Positions 18,370-28,400 of a stretch of DNA of 64,000 bases are shown one piece after another. The translations under genes and the position numbers were made by a program. Below the pieces are notes generated by a model. That model saw only the letters and a program-made list of their open reading frames with translations. It made no database searches and was not told where the DNA came from. This DNA comes from Promethearchaeota archaeon (GTDB lineage Archaea > Asgardarchaeota > Lokiarchaeia > Sigyniarchaeales > SOKP01): positions 16,984-80,983 of the forward strand of contig JAHLWS010000067.1 in the NCBI GenBank assembly GCA_019057795.1. Reading direction: 5' to 3'. The first letter of the stretch is position 1. Each line of letters opens with the position of its first letter.

Positions 18370-18963
18370 CTATTCCATTAGAGAAATTAATTGCGATTTG
18401 TGTATTTTTTTAAATATTAAACCAATTAAATCTTCAAAAGACTCTACAACACCTACTCCTTGTATTGCGATAGTTTTTTTGATTTTAAAGTTCTTATGTT
18501 TAAAATAATTAATATTTTCTAAAAACTCAGAGGTATCAAATGTATCCGGTAAATCTTGTTTGTTAAACGCGAGGATTTTGGGCATTTTAATGAGATAGTC
18601 TCCGAAATAATTACATAATTCGTTCCAAGAAGTTAAATTTCTGTAGTAAACACTTTGCTGTGAGTCCGCTACAAAAATAATTCCATCGATAGCTTGTAGT
18701 GTAATTGGTCTTGTAATTATATAGAAATCTTGACCCGTTGTAGAATAAAGGTGTATTTTAAGGAGCCATTGTTGGTTTTTGAACGAAATGGTTCCGTAAT
18801 CAAAGAATAACGTTCTACCTACGCTACTCTCAATACTTAACACTTTATCCTTCTTTCCAAAATGATTAAAGAGCGATTTCATAGTGGTGGTTTTCCCTGA
18901 AAGTGCGGGACCAAAATAACAAATTTTTAATTGAATAGTTTGATTTAAATGATCTATTATCAT
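18370..18963 (-). CDS. MglA/Arf-like small GTPase
   Basis: GPALSGKTT, GRTLFFDY, TTGQDFY, NKQD. Confidence 0.85.
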   Translation of the reverse strand: MIIDHLNQTIQLKICYFGPALSGKTTTMKSLFNHFGKKDKVLSIESSVGRTLFFDYGTISFKNQQWLLKIHLYSTTGQDFYIITRPITLQAIDGIIFVADSQQSVYYRNLTSWNELCNYFGDYLIKMPKILAFNKQDLPDTFDTSEFLENINYFKHKNFKIKKTIAIQGVGVVESFEDLIGLIFKKIHKSQLISLME

Positions 18964-19076
18964 TTTCTACTTTTTTTAAATTGGTTTTTGTCTTATATTT
19001 TGATTAGAAGTATATTAATTTCTATTTTTTTTTTTCCAAAATAAATGTAATATTAATAGGAGATAAACGCAAGGAA

Positions 19077-20138
19077 TTAAGCATAACTTAGTCTTACTTC
19101 CTTAATGACTTGATAAGTTCTTCGCAATAATTCATATGCAACTTGTGGAGGATTCCATCCTTTAAGTCCACAATCGGGTCCTACAAATTTAAGTCGGTCT
19201 TCATAATGTTTAATAGCAAAAAGTAAATTCTTCTTGATGAATTCTTTTGAATCTATTAAGTTCATAGTTCCTTCAAATGTTTTAAGTCCATCAAGTGAGG
19301 CCCCTGCATCCAATTTTTCAGCCATTATACTATTAATATTCGTTCTCGTGATACCGACACGTATGAACTTATCATACTTTTCTAAGTCATTTTTTGGAAT
19401 GATATTAGAATGATCAGAGGCATATTCACAAGTGAGTACATCTATATTTTTTGCCTGAATAGGAATTGAGTATTTTTTTAAAGTGTGAAGGTGGATTTGG
19501 ATAATACCATCTATTCCTTCCACAGTTTTATCAAATGCTTTAATTAACGCATCTTCTTCAATGTTAAACATATCAACATACCCAAATGAAGGTTCATCTA
19601 TCGAGATGATGGAATTTTGAAGATATTTAGTGTTTTTTATTGATTGTTTCAATATGGTATTAAGGGACTTAGCAAAATTGAACGCTAAATCAGAATATAT
19701 CGTAAAACCATGCTTTTTTATGTATAATTCTATGGGTCCGGTAATACATACTTTTATTTTAAGCGCATTTCCAGTTCTCTCATAATAATCTTTCGCAAAT
19801 CGTTCTAAAATGAAAAGTTCGGGAATAATAGCTTTTTTAGAATCAATCAAAGATGGCTCCAATTCATAATCTTCAATAGGTTTTAAAAATTGGGTATACA
19901 TATCCATATGTTGGGGATAATTTATTATTTCTACCCCGGCGTTTAATTTTAGCTGAAACGATTGGAGAAAGGGATGGATGAAAAAATTATAAATTCCTCT
20001 ATTTTCAAATATATCTGCGTTATTTACAATTCCCTTGTATCCTGTCCAATAAAATTGCTTGAACTTCTCATAATCAATGTAATCTGGTAATGGAAAACTA
20101 CCAACATCGTCAAATTGGGGAAATTCAAATTCATCCAT
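19077..20138 (-). CDS. Core (catalytic-domain-only) cobalamin-independent methionine synthase, MesC-like
   Basis: FDDVGSFPLP, ITGP, IDEP, HLH, E, GPDCGL. Confidence 0.7.
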   Translation of the reverse strand: MDEFEFPQFDDVGSFPLPDYIDYEKFKQFYWTGYKGIVNNADIFENRGIYNFFIHPFLQSFQLKLNAGVEIINYPQHMDMYTQFLKPIEDYELEPSLIDSKKAIIPELFILERFAKDYYERTGNALKIKVCITGPIELYIKKHGFTIYSDLAFNFAKSLNTILKQSIKNTKYLQNSIISIDEPSFGYVDMFNIEEDALIKAFDKTVEGIDGIIQIHLHTLKKYSIPIQAKNIDVLTCEYASDHSNIIPKNDLEKYDKFIRVGITRTNINSIMAEKLDAGASLDGLKTFEGTMNLIDSKEFIKKNLLFAIKHYEDRLKFVGPDCGLKGWNPPQVAYELLRRTYQVIKEVRLSYA

Positions 20139-20198
20139 TAATCAAACACAAACTCTAATATCGTTAATCATAAATAATCTGTTATAACAGATATATTT

Positions 20199-21257
20199 AT
20201 GGAACAAGAGTTAATTAGTAAACAAATAAAAAGAAAGAAAAATCAGCAAATTGCTGAATTAGCGCTAGCTGCTAAAACTGCTAAGGAGAGAAATGGAAAG
20301 CCATTTATATTTCACTTTCTTACAACTTTAAAATGTAATTGCGATTGTGAAACTTGTCTTTGGAAAGATAATACGAAAAAAGATGAACTAACACTTGAGG
20401 AAATCAAGCGCATATATTTGGAAGCAAAGGAAGCAGGATTTTTAGTTACTATTCTCTGGGGTGGAGAACCTCTCCTTAGAAAAGATATTACTGAAATTAT
20501 TAAATTTGTTAAAAGGGAGTTAAAGTTTACAATTGTTGGAATAGTTACGAATGGCTGGTTCCTTCCAGATAAAATCAAAGAATTTGGAGATGATATAGAT
20601 TTTATTCTTATATCTCTGGACTCCCCTAGACCTGAAGAACATGATCAGATTAGAGGGTTGCCTGGATTGTATGATAAAATAATGGATTCTGTTACTATTG
20701 TTAAAGAAAGCTATCCATTGATTTCACTACAATTTAGCTTTTCAATTAGTAAATATAATATAAATCGTGTTGAGGAAATGATAATTTTATCTGATAAAAT
20801 GGGAATTCCCGTAGCTTTTAATGTAATAAATACTGTTCGCCATTATTCACATGGTGATGTAGATGAGAAAGGCATACTTTCTGCGAATGATAACGATATT
20901 AGTAAAGCATTTGAAAGAATTTTAGACGCTAAGAAGAACGGTTCGAAAATATTAAATTCAGAAATGTATCTAAACCATTTTATTGGTGGTAAAAAGCAAT
21001 ACCGATGCCACGCAAAAAAGGTTTTCATGTTTGTAAACTACAACGGAGACATTGAAAATTGTCTTCAGATTGATAAACCTATAGCTAATTTACGACAAAC
21101 ATCTGTTAGTGAAGTGTTACAACTTCCTCAATTTGTTAAATTCATTAAAGAGAGCGAGAAATGTTATAGCTGTAATTCTCCCACAATGATCGACACAAGT
21201 TATTTATGGGATGATCTGAGATTGTTAACAAAATCAGGAGGTATTTCATTTGGTTAG
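20199..21257 (+). CDS. Radical SAM protein with a twitch/SPASM-like C-terminal domain
   Basis: CNCDCETC (CxxxCxxC), GGEPLL, C...GDIENC...CYSC. Confidence 0.85.
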   Translation: MEQELISKQIKRKKNQQIAELALAAKTAKERNGKPFIFHFLTTLKCNCDCETCLWKDNTKKDELTLEEIKRIYLEAKEAGFLVTILWGGEPLLRKDITEIIKFVKRELKFTIVGIVTNGWFLPDKIKEFGDDIDFILISLDSPRPEEHDQIRGLPGLYDKIMDSVTIVKESYPLISLQFSFSISKYNINRVEEMIILSDKMGIPVAFNVINTVRHYSHGDVDEKGILSANDNDISKAFERILDAKKNGSKILNSEMYLNHFIGGKKQYRCHAKKVFMFVNYNGDIENCLQIDKPIANLRQTSVSEVLQLPQFVKFIKESEKCYSCNSPTMIDTSYLWDDLRLLTKSGGISFG

Positions 21258-21273
21258 ATTTTTATTATCTCAT

Positions 21274-23253
21274 CTAATAGTATTTCTCTATTAAAAGATC
21301 TATTTCTTTCTCTTCCAAACCAAATAATTCAAAAAGGAGTCTATCAATAATTTCTTGAACTGATTGTTGATTATTTTGTTCTATGAATTTGAATATTTCA
21401 TTTAATAGCTTCCTATTCCTGTCGTTAGAAAAAAGTTCTAATTCAAGAATTTTTTCCTTGATTTCTTTTAATTTCTGAGGTTTCTTGATATTGGTGAACT
21501 TAATCATCCATATAGCTAAGAGTTTTATTAAGGATATTTTAGAACCTTCTTCGTCAGATTGAAACATTTGTGAATTTGGAATATATAATTGGTCTTCTAA
21601 TTTCGTCTTACTTCTTTTGATTGAAATGTTATTCGCTTTAAATAAGAAATTAACTAATTTTGAATTTAAATAAGCAATAAGAAATAAAAAATCTACTCTC
21701 GTCTCGTCATCTTTCGGCCATAAGAAGTAGGTGTCGGAAGTCGCGTAATAAGTCTCTTCAGAATAGCCAAATATGTTCTCATTTGAGATGTATTTGAAGA
21801 AAATCTTTTGGTTTTTGTCATATAAGGGCTCAAGGTCTGTTATAATCCGCTTGGTGTCAATCCCATTCCTAATAATAAAACTGCCCCTTCGAGGAAAATA
21901 TAAATCTTTTACGTTTTCTTTTGCGTTTGTTAATATTTTTTCCAGTTCCTCTTTGTATTGATGTAGATAAGATGTTAGTGTGGGGTATTTTTTTTTTAAA
22001 AGCTCATTCCTTTTGTTCTTATCTCGATTTTTAAATTCTTCTTTATTGAAGTATACGATATATCCATGAAAATCTTCCATTTTATAACCATAAGACCTAA
22101 TGGATCTACTTTTATAAATTTTTTTTAGTCTTTTCTTTTCTTCCTCGTTTAATTTAACAAATTCACCGTTGATTTTGACGAATACTTCGTTATCTCTAAG
22201 TTTTAGATTTTCATTAAGATTTAAAATAAAAATCTCGTCTTTAATTAATATCAGTCCATTTCTAATAATAAAGTAATCTTTTAAGAAAGTTGTTTTACCT
22301 TTAATTATACAAAAGGACTTAATTTGATCAACAATTTTTTTTACTTCAATTGGATACAAAAGATTCCAGCTGCCTTTACTATTTAGCTCTCTGTTAGTTA
22401 AGGCTGATTGATATCGCGTAACAAAATTGTGATTTAAGGAGTGTTCCAAGGAACGGTTCAAAGCATCAAAAATAACATTATTGGCGTTGTCATTAAATTG
22501 ATTTTGGGGTTTAGAACTTGAAATTTGTACTACTTCTATTTTCCTATTTGTTTTTTTTAGCTTATCGTTTTCTGTCTTCTTTTGAAGTGAAAAAATACAG
22601 TTATGCTGTCCTTGGGCATCTCTAAATACTCTTATCCTCGATAAATCAATATATTGAATTAAAAAACACTCGTCTAATATGTGTGGTTTCAATAATTTAA
22701 TGCCTGTTTTCTTGGATTTGGTAATCCAATAATTTGTTGTGATATAAGAAAGAATTCCACCGGGTTTCAACTTAGCTATTCCAAGGTGGATAAAAAAATA
22801 AAACAAGTCCATATTGCCAACGAAGTATTCGCGACAAAAGGGATATTTCTTTATCAAGTTCTGAAAAACTTTTGCGTTATAATTTTGACCTAAGTAAGGA
22901 GGGTTTCCAATTATAACATCGAATTTTTCGTTAATATCTGAACCTAAAAAATTTTCAAAACGAAATTGAACGTTAGGATAATTTTTAACCAATTGCGATT
23001 TTAAACGATTATCAATTTCATACGCAGTTATGTTTGTGAGATTATATTCCAAGAGATATTTTAAAAAAACGCCTTCCCCTGTTGTAGGATCAAGAACCTT
23101 TAAATCGTTAATTTTAATATTAAATTTATCTTCATAGTTTAAAGTTTTAAGTAGCTCGAGAACATTTGAAACCATAAACTTAGCGATATAGTTAGGTGTA
23201 AAAATTTGTCCAATAACAGCGTTTTGTTCTTTTATATCCTTTTTTGTATCCAT
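21274..23253 (-). CDS. N6-adenine DNA methyltransferase (gamma class, TaqI/Eco57I-like) with a target-recognition domain
   Basis: GQIFTP, VLDPTTGEGVFL (motif I), IIGNPPY (motif IV), YLNSKL in the TRD. Confidence 0.85.
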   Translation of the reverse strand: MDTKKDIKEQNAVIGQIFTPNYIAKFMVSNVLELLKTLNYEDKFNIKINDLKVLDPTTGEGVFLKYLLEYNLTNITAYEIDNRLKSQLVKNYPNVQFRFENFLGSDINEKFDVIIGNPPYLGQNYNAKVFQNLIKKYPFCREYFVGNMDLFYFFIHLGIAKLKPGGILSYITTNYWITKSKKTGIKLLKPHILDECFLIQYIDLSRIRVFRDAQGQHNCIFSLQKKTENDKLKKTNRKIEVVQISSSKPQNQFNDNANNVIFDALNRSLEHSLNHNFVTRYQSALTNRELNSKGSWNLLYPIEVKKIVDQIKSFCIIKGKTTFLKDYFIIRNGLILIKDEIFILNLNENLKLRDNEVFVKINGEFVKLNEEEKKRLKKIYKSRSIRSYGYKMEDFHGYIVYFNKEEFKNRDKNKRNELLKKKYPTLTSYLHQYKEELEKILTNAKENVKDLYFPRRGSFIIRNGIDTKRIITDLEPLYDKNQKIFFKYISNENIFGYSEETYYATSDTYFLWPKDDETRVDFLFLIAYLNSKLVNFLFKANNISIKRSKTKLEDQLYIPNSQMFQSDEEGSKISLIKLLAIWMIKFTNIKKPQKLKEIKEKILELELFSNDRNRKLLNEIFKFIEQNNQQSVQEIIDRLLFELFGLEEKEIDLLIEKYY

Positions 23254-23341
23254 CTAATCTTAATATTAGTTTATAACCTCTAAAAAGGTGATGTTTTTCT
23301 AAAAAGAAAGGAAAAAAAAGATAAAGTTTTATTTATTACTG

Positions 23342-24868
23342 TTAATGGTCGTGATTATGACCGTGGTGCTCCATTTTTATGTTAACTGGTTTTAGAGAGC
23401 CGATAGCCCAGCCAGTGACTTCGTTTAATGAAGGATGAATAACCATGGATCTGTAAATAGGCATAAAAGATCCTCCTTCTGGACACGCGCGAGATAATTT
23501 AGGGATATCTTCCTCCCCAGAAGATTCTGGTAAGACACATGTAAACCCAGAGTTCATTAAATAGACGAAAGGTTGCACCAAGATCGCTGCGTGTGGTCCA
23601 ACAACATGAGCGCCTAAAATTCTATAGGATTTGTCGACAACTAATTTGACGAATCCATCGTCGTCATCGTTATTACTGAAGCCCATAGCGTAACCCTTTG
23701 CTACCGTGGAATATTGTTTTATAGCAACGTAAATTTCATAACCTTTCTCAATAGCTTCTTTTTCCGTCATCCCTACGTGACCAATTTGAGGATAAGTAAA
23801 AATTGCCCAGGGGACTGCCGAATAATCTACAGATTTTCTATGTTCTTTTGGAGAAAAAATATTATTATTACATATCTCTGCTTCGTAATTCGCTTTATGT
23901 CTAAACTGATAACGCCCATTAGCATCACCAATACACCAAATATTCTTTTTATTCGTTTCTAAATATTGATTGGTTGTTATCCATCCGCGTTTATCAGTCT
24001 GAACGCCAGTTTTTTCGACATTCAGGATGTCTGCGTTTGAGCGTCTCCCCGTAGCTATGAAAATTTCCTCGCCTTTAACTTCTTTCGTCTCACCTGTTTT
24101 AGCATTTTCTAGAACAACAACTTTTAAATTACCATCTTTTCTGACTTTAACTGCCTTGTGATTTACTAAAACGGTCATATGTTTTCCAAAGCTCATTTCG
24201 AGAAGCGCACTAATTTCTGGTTCTTCGGTTGCTACTAATCGTGGTAGCATTTCTACTATAGTAACATCAGTCCCCATAGCTGAGAAAATATGGGCGAATT
24301 CAGCAGCAATTACACCCCCTCCGATAATTATGAGACTGTTCCAAGGCTTTGCTGGGAATTTTTCGCCAAAAAAGCTTCTATTGGTTACATATCCTATTTC
24401 TTCTAAATCATCTATTGGAGGGATAAAAGACCGACTACCGGAAGCGATAACGAATCTTTCTCCTTTAAATTTTCCAAAGCTCTCCTTTCCATCAATCGAT
24501 TTTACTTCCATTTTGTAATCTCCAAAAAATTCGCCAACTCCACGATACAACTTAAGATTTGGAACATGTGACAATCCTTGCTCCATTTCCTTACTCTCGT
24601 CGATTTGCGTCCACATTCTTTTAGCTATTAAATCCCAATCTATTCTTTCTACTCTAAATTCTACCCCAACTTTGCTAGCATGTTGGGCTTCACGAATTAA
24701 ATCAGCTGGATGGACTAAAACCTTTGAGGGAATACAACCGCGCGTTAAACAAGTACCACCTAGTTTGGTATCTTCTATTAAAGCACATTTTAGCCCCATT
24801 TGCAGACCCGTGTTTAAGACGTTTAAACCGGCTCCTGACCCAATAACAACTAAATCATAATTCTCCAT
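23342..24868 (-). CDS. Class I pyridine nucleotide-disulfide oxidoreductase (dihydrolipoamide dehydrogenase family)
   Basis: GSGAG, GGTCLTRGCIPSK, GGGVIAAE, HPSLNE. Confidence 0.85.
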   Translation of the reverse strand: MENYDLVVIGSGAGLNVLNTGLQMGLKCALIEDTKLGGTCLTRGCIPSKVLVHPADLIREAQHASKVGVEFRVERIDWDLIAKRMWTQIDESKEMEQGLSHVPNLKLYRGVGEFFGDYKMEVKSIDGKESFGKFKGERFVIASGSRSFIPPIDDLEEIGYVTNRSFFGEKFPAKPWNSLIIIGGGVIAAEFAHIFSAMGTDVTIVEMLPRLVATEEPEISALLEMSFGKHMTVLVNHKAVKVRKDGNLKVVVLENAKTGETKEVKGEEIFIATGRRSNADILNVEKTGVQTDKRGWITTNQYLETNKKNIWCIGDANGRYQFRHKANYEAEICNNNIFSPKEHRKSVDYSAVPWAIFTYPQIGHVGMTEKEAIEKGYEIYVAIKQYSTVAKGYAMGFSNNDDDDGFVKLVVDKSYRILGAHVVGPHAAILVQPFVYLMNSGFTCVLPESSGEEDIPKLSRACPEGGSFMPIYRSMVIHPSLNEVTGWAIGSLKPVNIKMEHHGHNHDH

Positions 24869-25000
24869 AAATTCAATTTTACCTATATCACTTTTAAAGT
24901 TTTTACTAATTTTTTATTGATTACTCGAAAAATGAGACTTATTAGGACATCTTACTCCTATTTGAATAATTTTAAAATGGTAATAAAAGAAGATTATAAT

Positions 25001-26191
25001 TTACCTTCGCATTTTAATAAAACCGCCAGATTTCATTAACGCGCAAGGTTTAAGGTATTTTTTACCGCTTATTTTTACAAACTCTTCTAACATTTTAGAC
25101 CATTTTTCGTAATTTCTTTTTCCAGGACCAAAAGGTCCGGGGATGCTCGTTCCAGTCAACATTACATCATCAATAATTTTGTATCCAGACACAATACTCT
25201 CTTCTAAAAGCTTGCAACCTTCATTTAACATTATGGCCATTGACATTTCAGGACTATAGATGCCGGCTTTTCTATTTAAATTTATTTTTGGTTTCCCACT
25301 CGTCCAATTGTAAAAACCTCTTCCTGTTTTTCTTCCCAAATTTCCCTCCATTACGAGATTTGTTAGAACTTTACCAGGGCTAAAATCGGGAGAAAAAATT
25401 TTTTCATAACTTTTCAAGACATTATAAGTAGTATCTACGCCAAGATAGTCGGTTAACTCACATGGCCCCATTGGAACTAATTTTCTTGCCTCAGCATCGG
25501 CATCAATTTGTTCCCATGGAATACCTTTCTCGAAAGCTTGATCAAGCACCCAATTAAAATAAATAATTGGTGGAGTGAGTAATCTATTTGCAATAAATCC
25601 GGGGCTCTCTTTCTGAATTCGAACGGAAAGCCGTTTCCCTTTGAGACAAGGTAGCATTTTACCAATTAGTACTCCAATATCCAAAGCTTCTTCAGTTGTT
25701 TTTTCGCCTCTCATCACTTCAACGCAGCATTGAAGGATAACCGGGAGGAAAAAATGCATTCCAATAACTTTTTCTGGTCTATTTGAATCTTCGGCGATCT
25801 CTGTTATTCTAAATGTAGAAGTATTTGAGGCCAAAATACAGTGAGGAGGCGAGTTTTCCATAATAATTTTACAAACATTTTTTTTAATTTCTATTTTTTC
25901 AACGACCGCTTCAAATACGAAATCAACCCCTTTAACCGCAGATGTTAAATCTATTGATTTCTTGCATCTTGCCATGATATTCGAAACGGATGCTCCTTCT
26001 ACTAATTTGCCTTTTGCTTCAACTTTTTTTAAACCTTCTTCAATTTTAGCTAAGCCATTGTTAACAATATCGTCTTTAATATCAACTAAAGTTACATTAT
26101 ATCCAGCCATTAAAGCAACTTGGGCAATGCCATAACCCATAACACCCGCTCCAACAACAGCAATGTTTTTTATATTACTTATATCCACCAT
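25001..26191 (-). CDS. 3-hydroxyacyl-CoA dehydrogenase (duplicated C-terminal domain)
   Basis: GAGVMGYGIA, EAVVE, ASNTS, GMHFF, PGFIANR, LGRKTGRGFY. Confidence 0.9.
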   Translation of the reverse strand: MVDISNIKNIAVVGAGVMGYGIAQVALMAGYNVTLVDIKDDIVNNGLAKIEEGLKKVEAKGKLVEGASVSNIMARCKKSIDLTSAVKGVDFVFEAVVEKIEIKKNVCKIIMENSPPHCILASNTSTFRITEIAEDSNRPEKVIGMHFFLPVILQCCVEVMRGEKTTEEALDIGVLIGKMLPCLKGKRLSVRIQKESPGFIANRLLTPPIIYFNWVLDQAFEKGIPWEQIDADAEARKLVPMGPCELTDYLGVDTTYNVLKSYEKIFSPDFSPGKVLTNLVMEGNLGRKTGRGFYNWTSGKPKINLNRKAGIYSPEMSMAIMLNEGCKLLEESIVSGYKIIDDVMLTGTSIPGPFGPGKRNYEKWSKMLEEFVKISGKKYLKPCALMKSGGFIKMRR

Positions 26192-26451
26192 TTTTTTTGC
26201 TAACTCCTAAAAATGAGATGTCTATTTTAAATATACTCATTAATATTAAACATTTATGTTAACGAACTAAATCTGGGAAAGTTCTCTTTGAAAAATAGAT
26301 TAATGTTTATTTCCTCTTTTTTTTGAGAGAAAGTACACATATCTCAACATTAGTATTACCATTATGTCTTATAGAAAAATGCTGTTATATAATGATGAAA
26401 ATTAAAAAAAAGAATGAATAAGAGAAAAAAATAAGAGAAAATTATTAAATT

Positions 26452-27381
26452 TTATCTTCCAATAATATCCATTAGTTTAGGGAATATTCGAGGGTAATGT
26501 ACAGCCATACAATGGATTCCGTCAATAAGGCTTTTCTTTCTAAGCTCACCAATGAATGGTTTGAAAAGTTCATAATTATATTGGTCGTACAACTCCTTTT
26601 GCTGTTTTTTGTCAGTGATGTCCTTCTTTACGCTCTTCCACTTAGCCAGGATCTCCTTAGGGACGCTAACACCTGGAACAAAAGTGTCGAAACCTTTAGC
26701 AATTCCATATGACTTCATTGGAAAGATTCCGAGCAGGATAGGTACTTTATACTTCCTGATTCCTGTTAGAAATTCTATCGTACGATCAAGATCGTATACT
26801 ACTTGAGTTTGTATAAATTCACAACCTGCTTCTGCTTTTCTACCAATCTTCAAGACTTCTGGCTCCATTGGATCAGAATTAGGGTTTGCTGCACCCCCCA
26901 CGTGTAGTTTTGGAGGATCTTCAATCTCGTAGCCGTTGATAGAACCTTTATCAACCATTTCTCGCACAAGTTTAATTAAAGTTGCTGAATCAAGATCGAA
27001 AACGGGTTTAGATTCGGGCATGTCACCCATTGCCGTGTGATCTCCAGTGAGAGAGAGTATATTGTGAATCCCTAGAGCTTGCGCACCCATGATCATGCCG
27101 GCAATACCTAGTTTATTAACGTCTCTCACGGTCATCTGCCAGACGCATTCCAAGCCAGTAGCTTTTTGAATTAAATGCGTGGCTGCCATAGAATTTATTG
27201 TTACTATACCCAAAGGACTATCTGTTACATTTGCGGCAATAACATACGGAGCCATCTGTTTCGCTTCTTCGATCGTATGGGAAAGATCACAGGTTTTTTC
27301 TGGTTCAAGTTCGCCAGTTAATATAAACTCGCCCTTTGCAAGGGCTTCCCCTAATTTTGAATATGATTTTGCTTCTGTCAT
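26452..27381 (-). CDS. metF: Methylenetetrahydrofolate reductase MetF (paralog 1)
   Basis: TGELEP, NVTDSP, TVRD, LTGDH, IQTQ; start moved to ATG 27381 (MTEAK) downstream of GGAGG. Confidence 0.85.
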   Translation of the reverse strand: MTEAKSYSKLGEALAKGEFILTGELEPEKTCDLSHTIEEAKQMAPYVIAANVTDSPLGIVTINSMAATHLIQKATGLECVWQMTVRDVNKLGIAGMIMGAQALGIHNILSLTGDHTAMGDMPESKPVFDLDSATLIKLVREMVDKGSINGYEIEDPPKLHVGGAANPNSDPMEPEVLKIGRKAEAGCEFIQTQVVYDLDRTIEFLTGIRKYKVPILLGIFPMKSYGIAKGFDTFVPGVSVPKEILAKWKSVKKDITDKKQQKELYDQYNYELFKPFIGELRKKSLIDGIHCMAVHYPRIFPKLMDIIGR

Positions 27382-27389
27382 TTTCACAT

Positions 27390-28055
27390 CTACCTCCATA
27401 CTACTTCTCGTTGATGACCAGATTCGCTCCAATCTACTGGGTCTCTCAATTTAGAGAATTTGTCTAATTGTCCTAACTCTTTTAAACGGTTGTAAATTAA
27501 TACCCAACCACAATCTTTCTCGTAATTGCCAACTTCACATTTACCATCAACCATTCCTCCACATGGACCGTTCATGAGTGCCTTTGCGCAAGTGGTTATA
27601 GGACATATCCCTCCAGTTTCGTTCAACATACAATCACCGCACCCCCGACAGCGCATAAAGAAACGACCGATACGCTCCGTCATTCCCATGAACTCAGTAT
27701 TATTAGAGATAAAGACAGGGATGTGAGGATACTTGTCGTGTAAGACTTTATTAATGCTTGCAACTCCTAAACCACAACTTAACGTCAAAATTGCGTCGAT
27801 TTCGCCTAATTCTGCGTCGATTTTTCTCAATTCTTTCTTCATTACTCTATTATCGCAGGTTTCTTCAGGAACTATTATTGTTTTGATTTGAAAACCTTCT
27901 TTTTCCAATTTTTCTGCCATTTCTTGGGCTCCTTCTTCACCACCGGTCTGACACATTGCGGCACATGAACCACAAGAAACGATCCCTATTTTCTGAACAC
28001 CTTTTAAAGCGATAAGAACTTCTTCAAATGGTTTTTTAGTAGTAATTATTGTAAT
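27390..28055 (-). CDS. metV: MetV (MTHFR C-terminal-like Zn/Fe-S subunit), paralog 1, probable ATT start
   Basis: Frame extends upstream of the listed ATG to ATT at 28055: (M)TIITTKKPFEE...SCGSCAAMCQTGG; CRGCGDC, CPITTCAK, GPCGG, CGW. Confidence 0.85.
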   Translation of the reverse strand: MTIITTKKPFEEVLIALKGVQKIGIVSCGSCAAMCQTGGEEGAQEMAEKLEKEGFQIKTIIVPEETCDNRVMKKELRKIDAELGEIDAILTLSCGLGVASINKVLHDKYPHIPVFISNNTEFMGMTERIGRFFMRCRGCGDCMLNETGGICPITTCAKALMNGPCGGMVDGKCEVGNYEKDCGWVLIYNRLKELGQLDKFSKLRDPVDWSESGHQREVVWR

Positions 28056-28145
28056 TTATTATCCACCTTTTTTGCTTTTATAAAATTTAATACTTGTGAT
28101 AAATAAATTAATGAAATTATTAAAATTTAATTTTTTTAGATCAAA

Positions 28146-28226
28146 GGTAAACATTTACCATGACTAAATTTATTGTCATAATGATAATTATTATATTTTT
28201 AATGACGATTTTCTAAATAATCGTCA
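28146..28226. promoter_or_regulatory. Cluster of inverted repeats upstream of metV-metF
   Basis: GGTAA-N4-TTACC 28146-28159; ATGAC-N10-GTCAT 28160-28179; TGACGATT-N8-AATCGTCA 28203-28226. Confidence 0.4.
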
Positions 28227-28400
28227 AAAATATCAACATAATGATCAGATTTAAAAATTACTAATATTAAAATGGATGAATTTAAGAAAATAGACATTTG
28301 TAATGAAACAATGTAAAGTGTTATTAAAAAAATTTTGAAAGATAAAATAAGTAAAAAAAAAATTTTCTATTGTTAATTTAAACCCAAATAAAAAAGTCCG

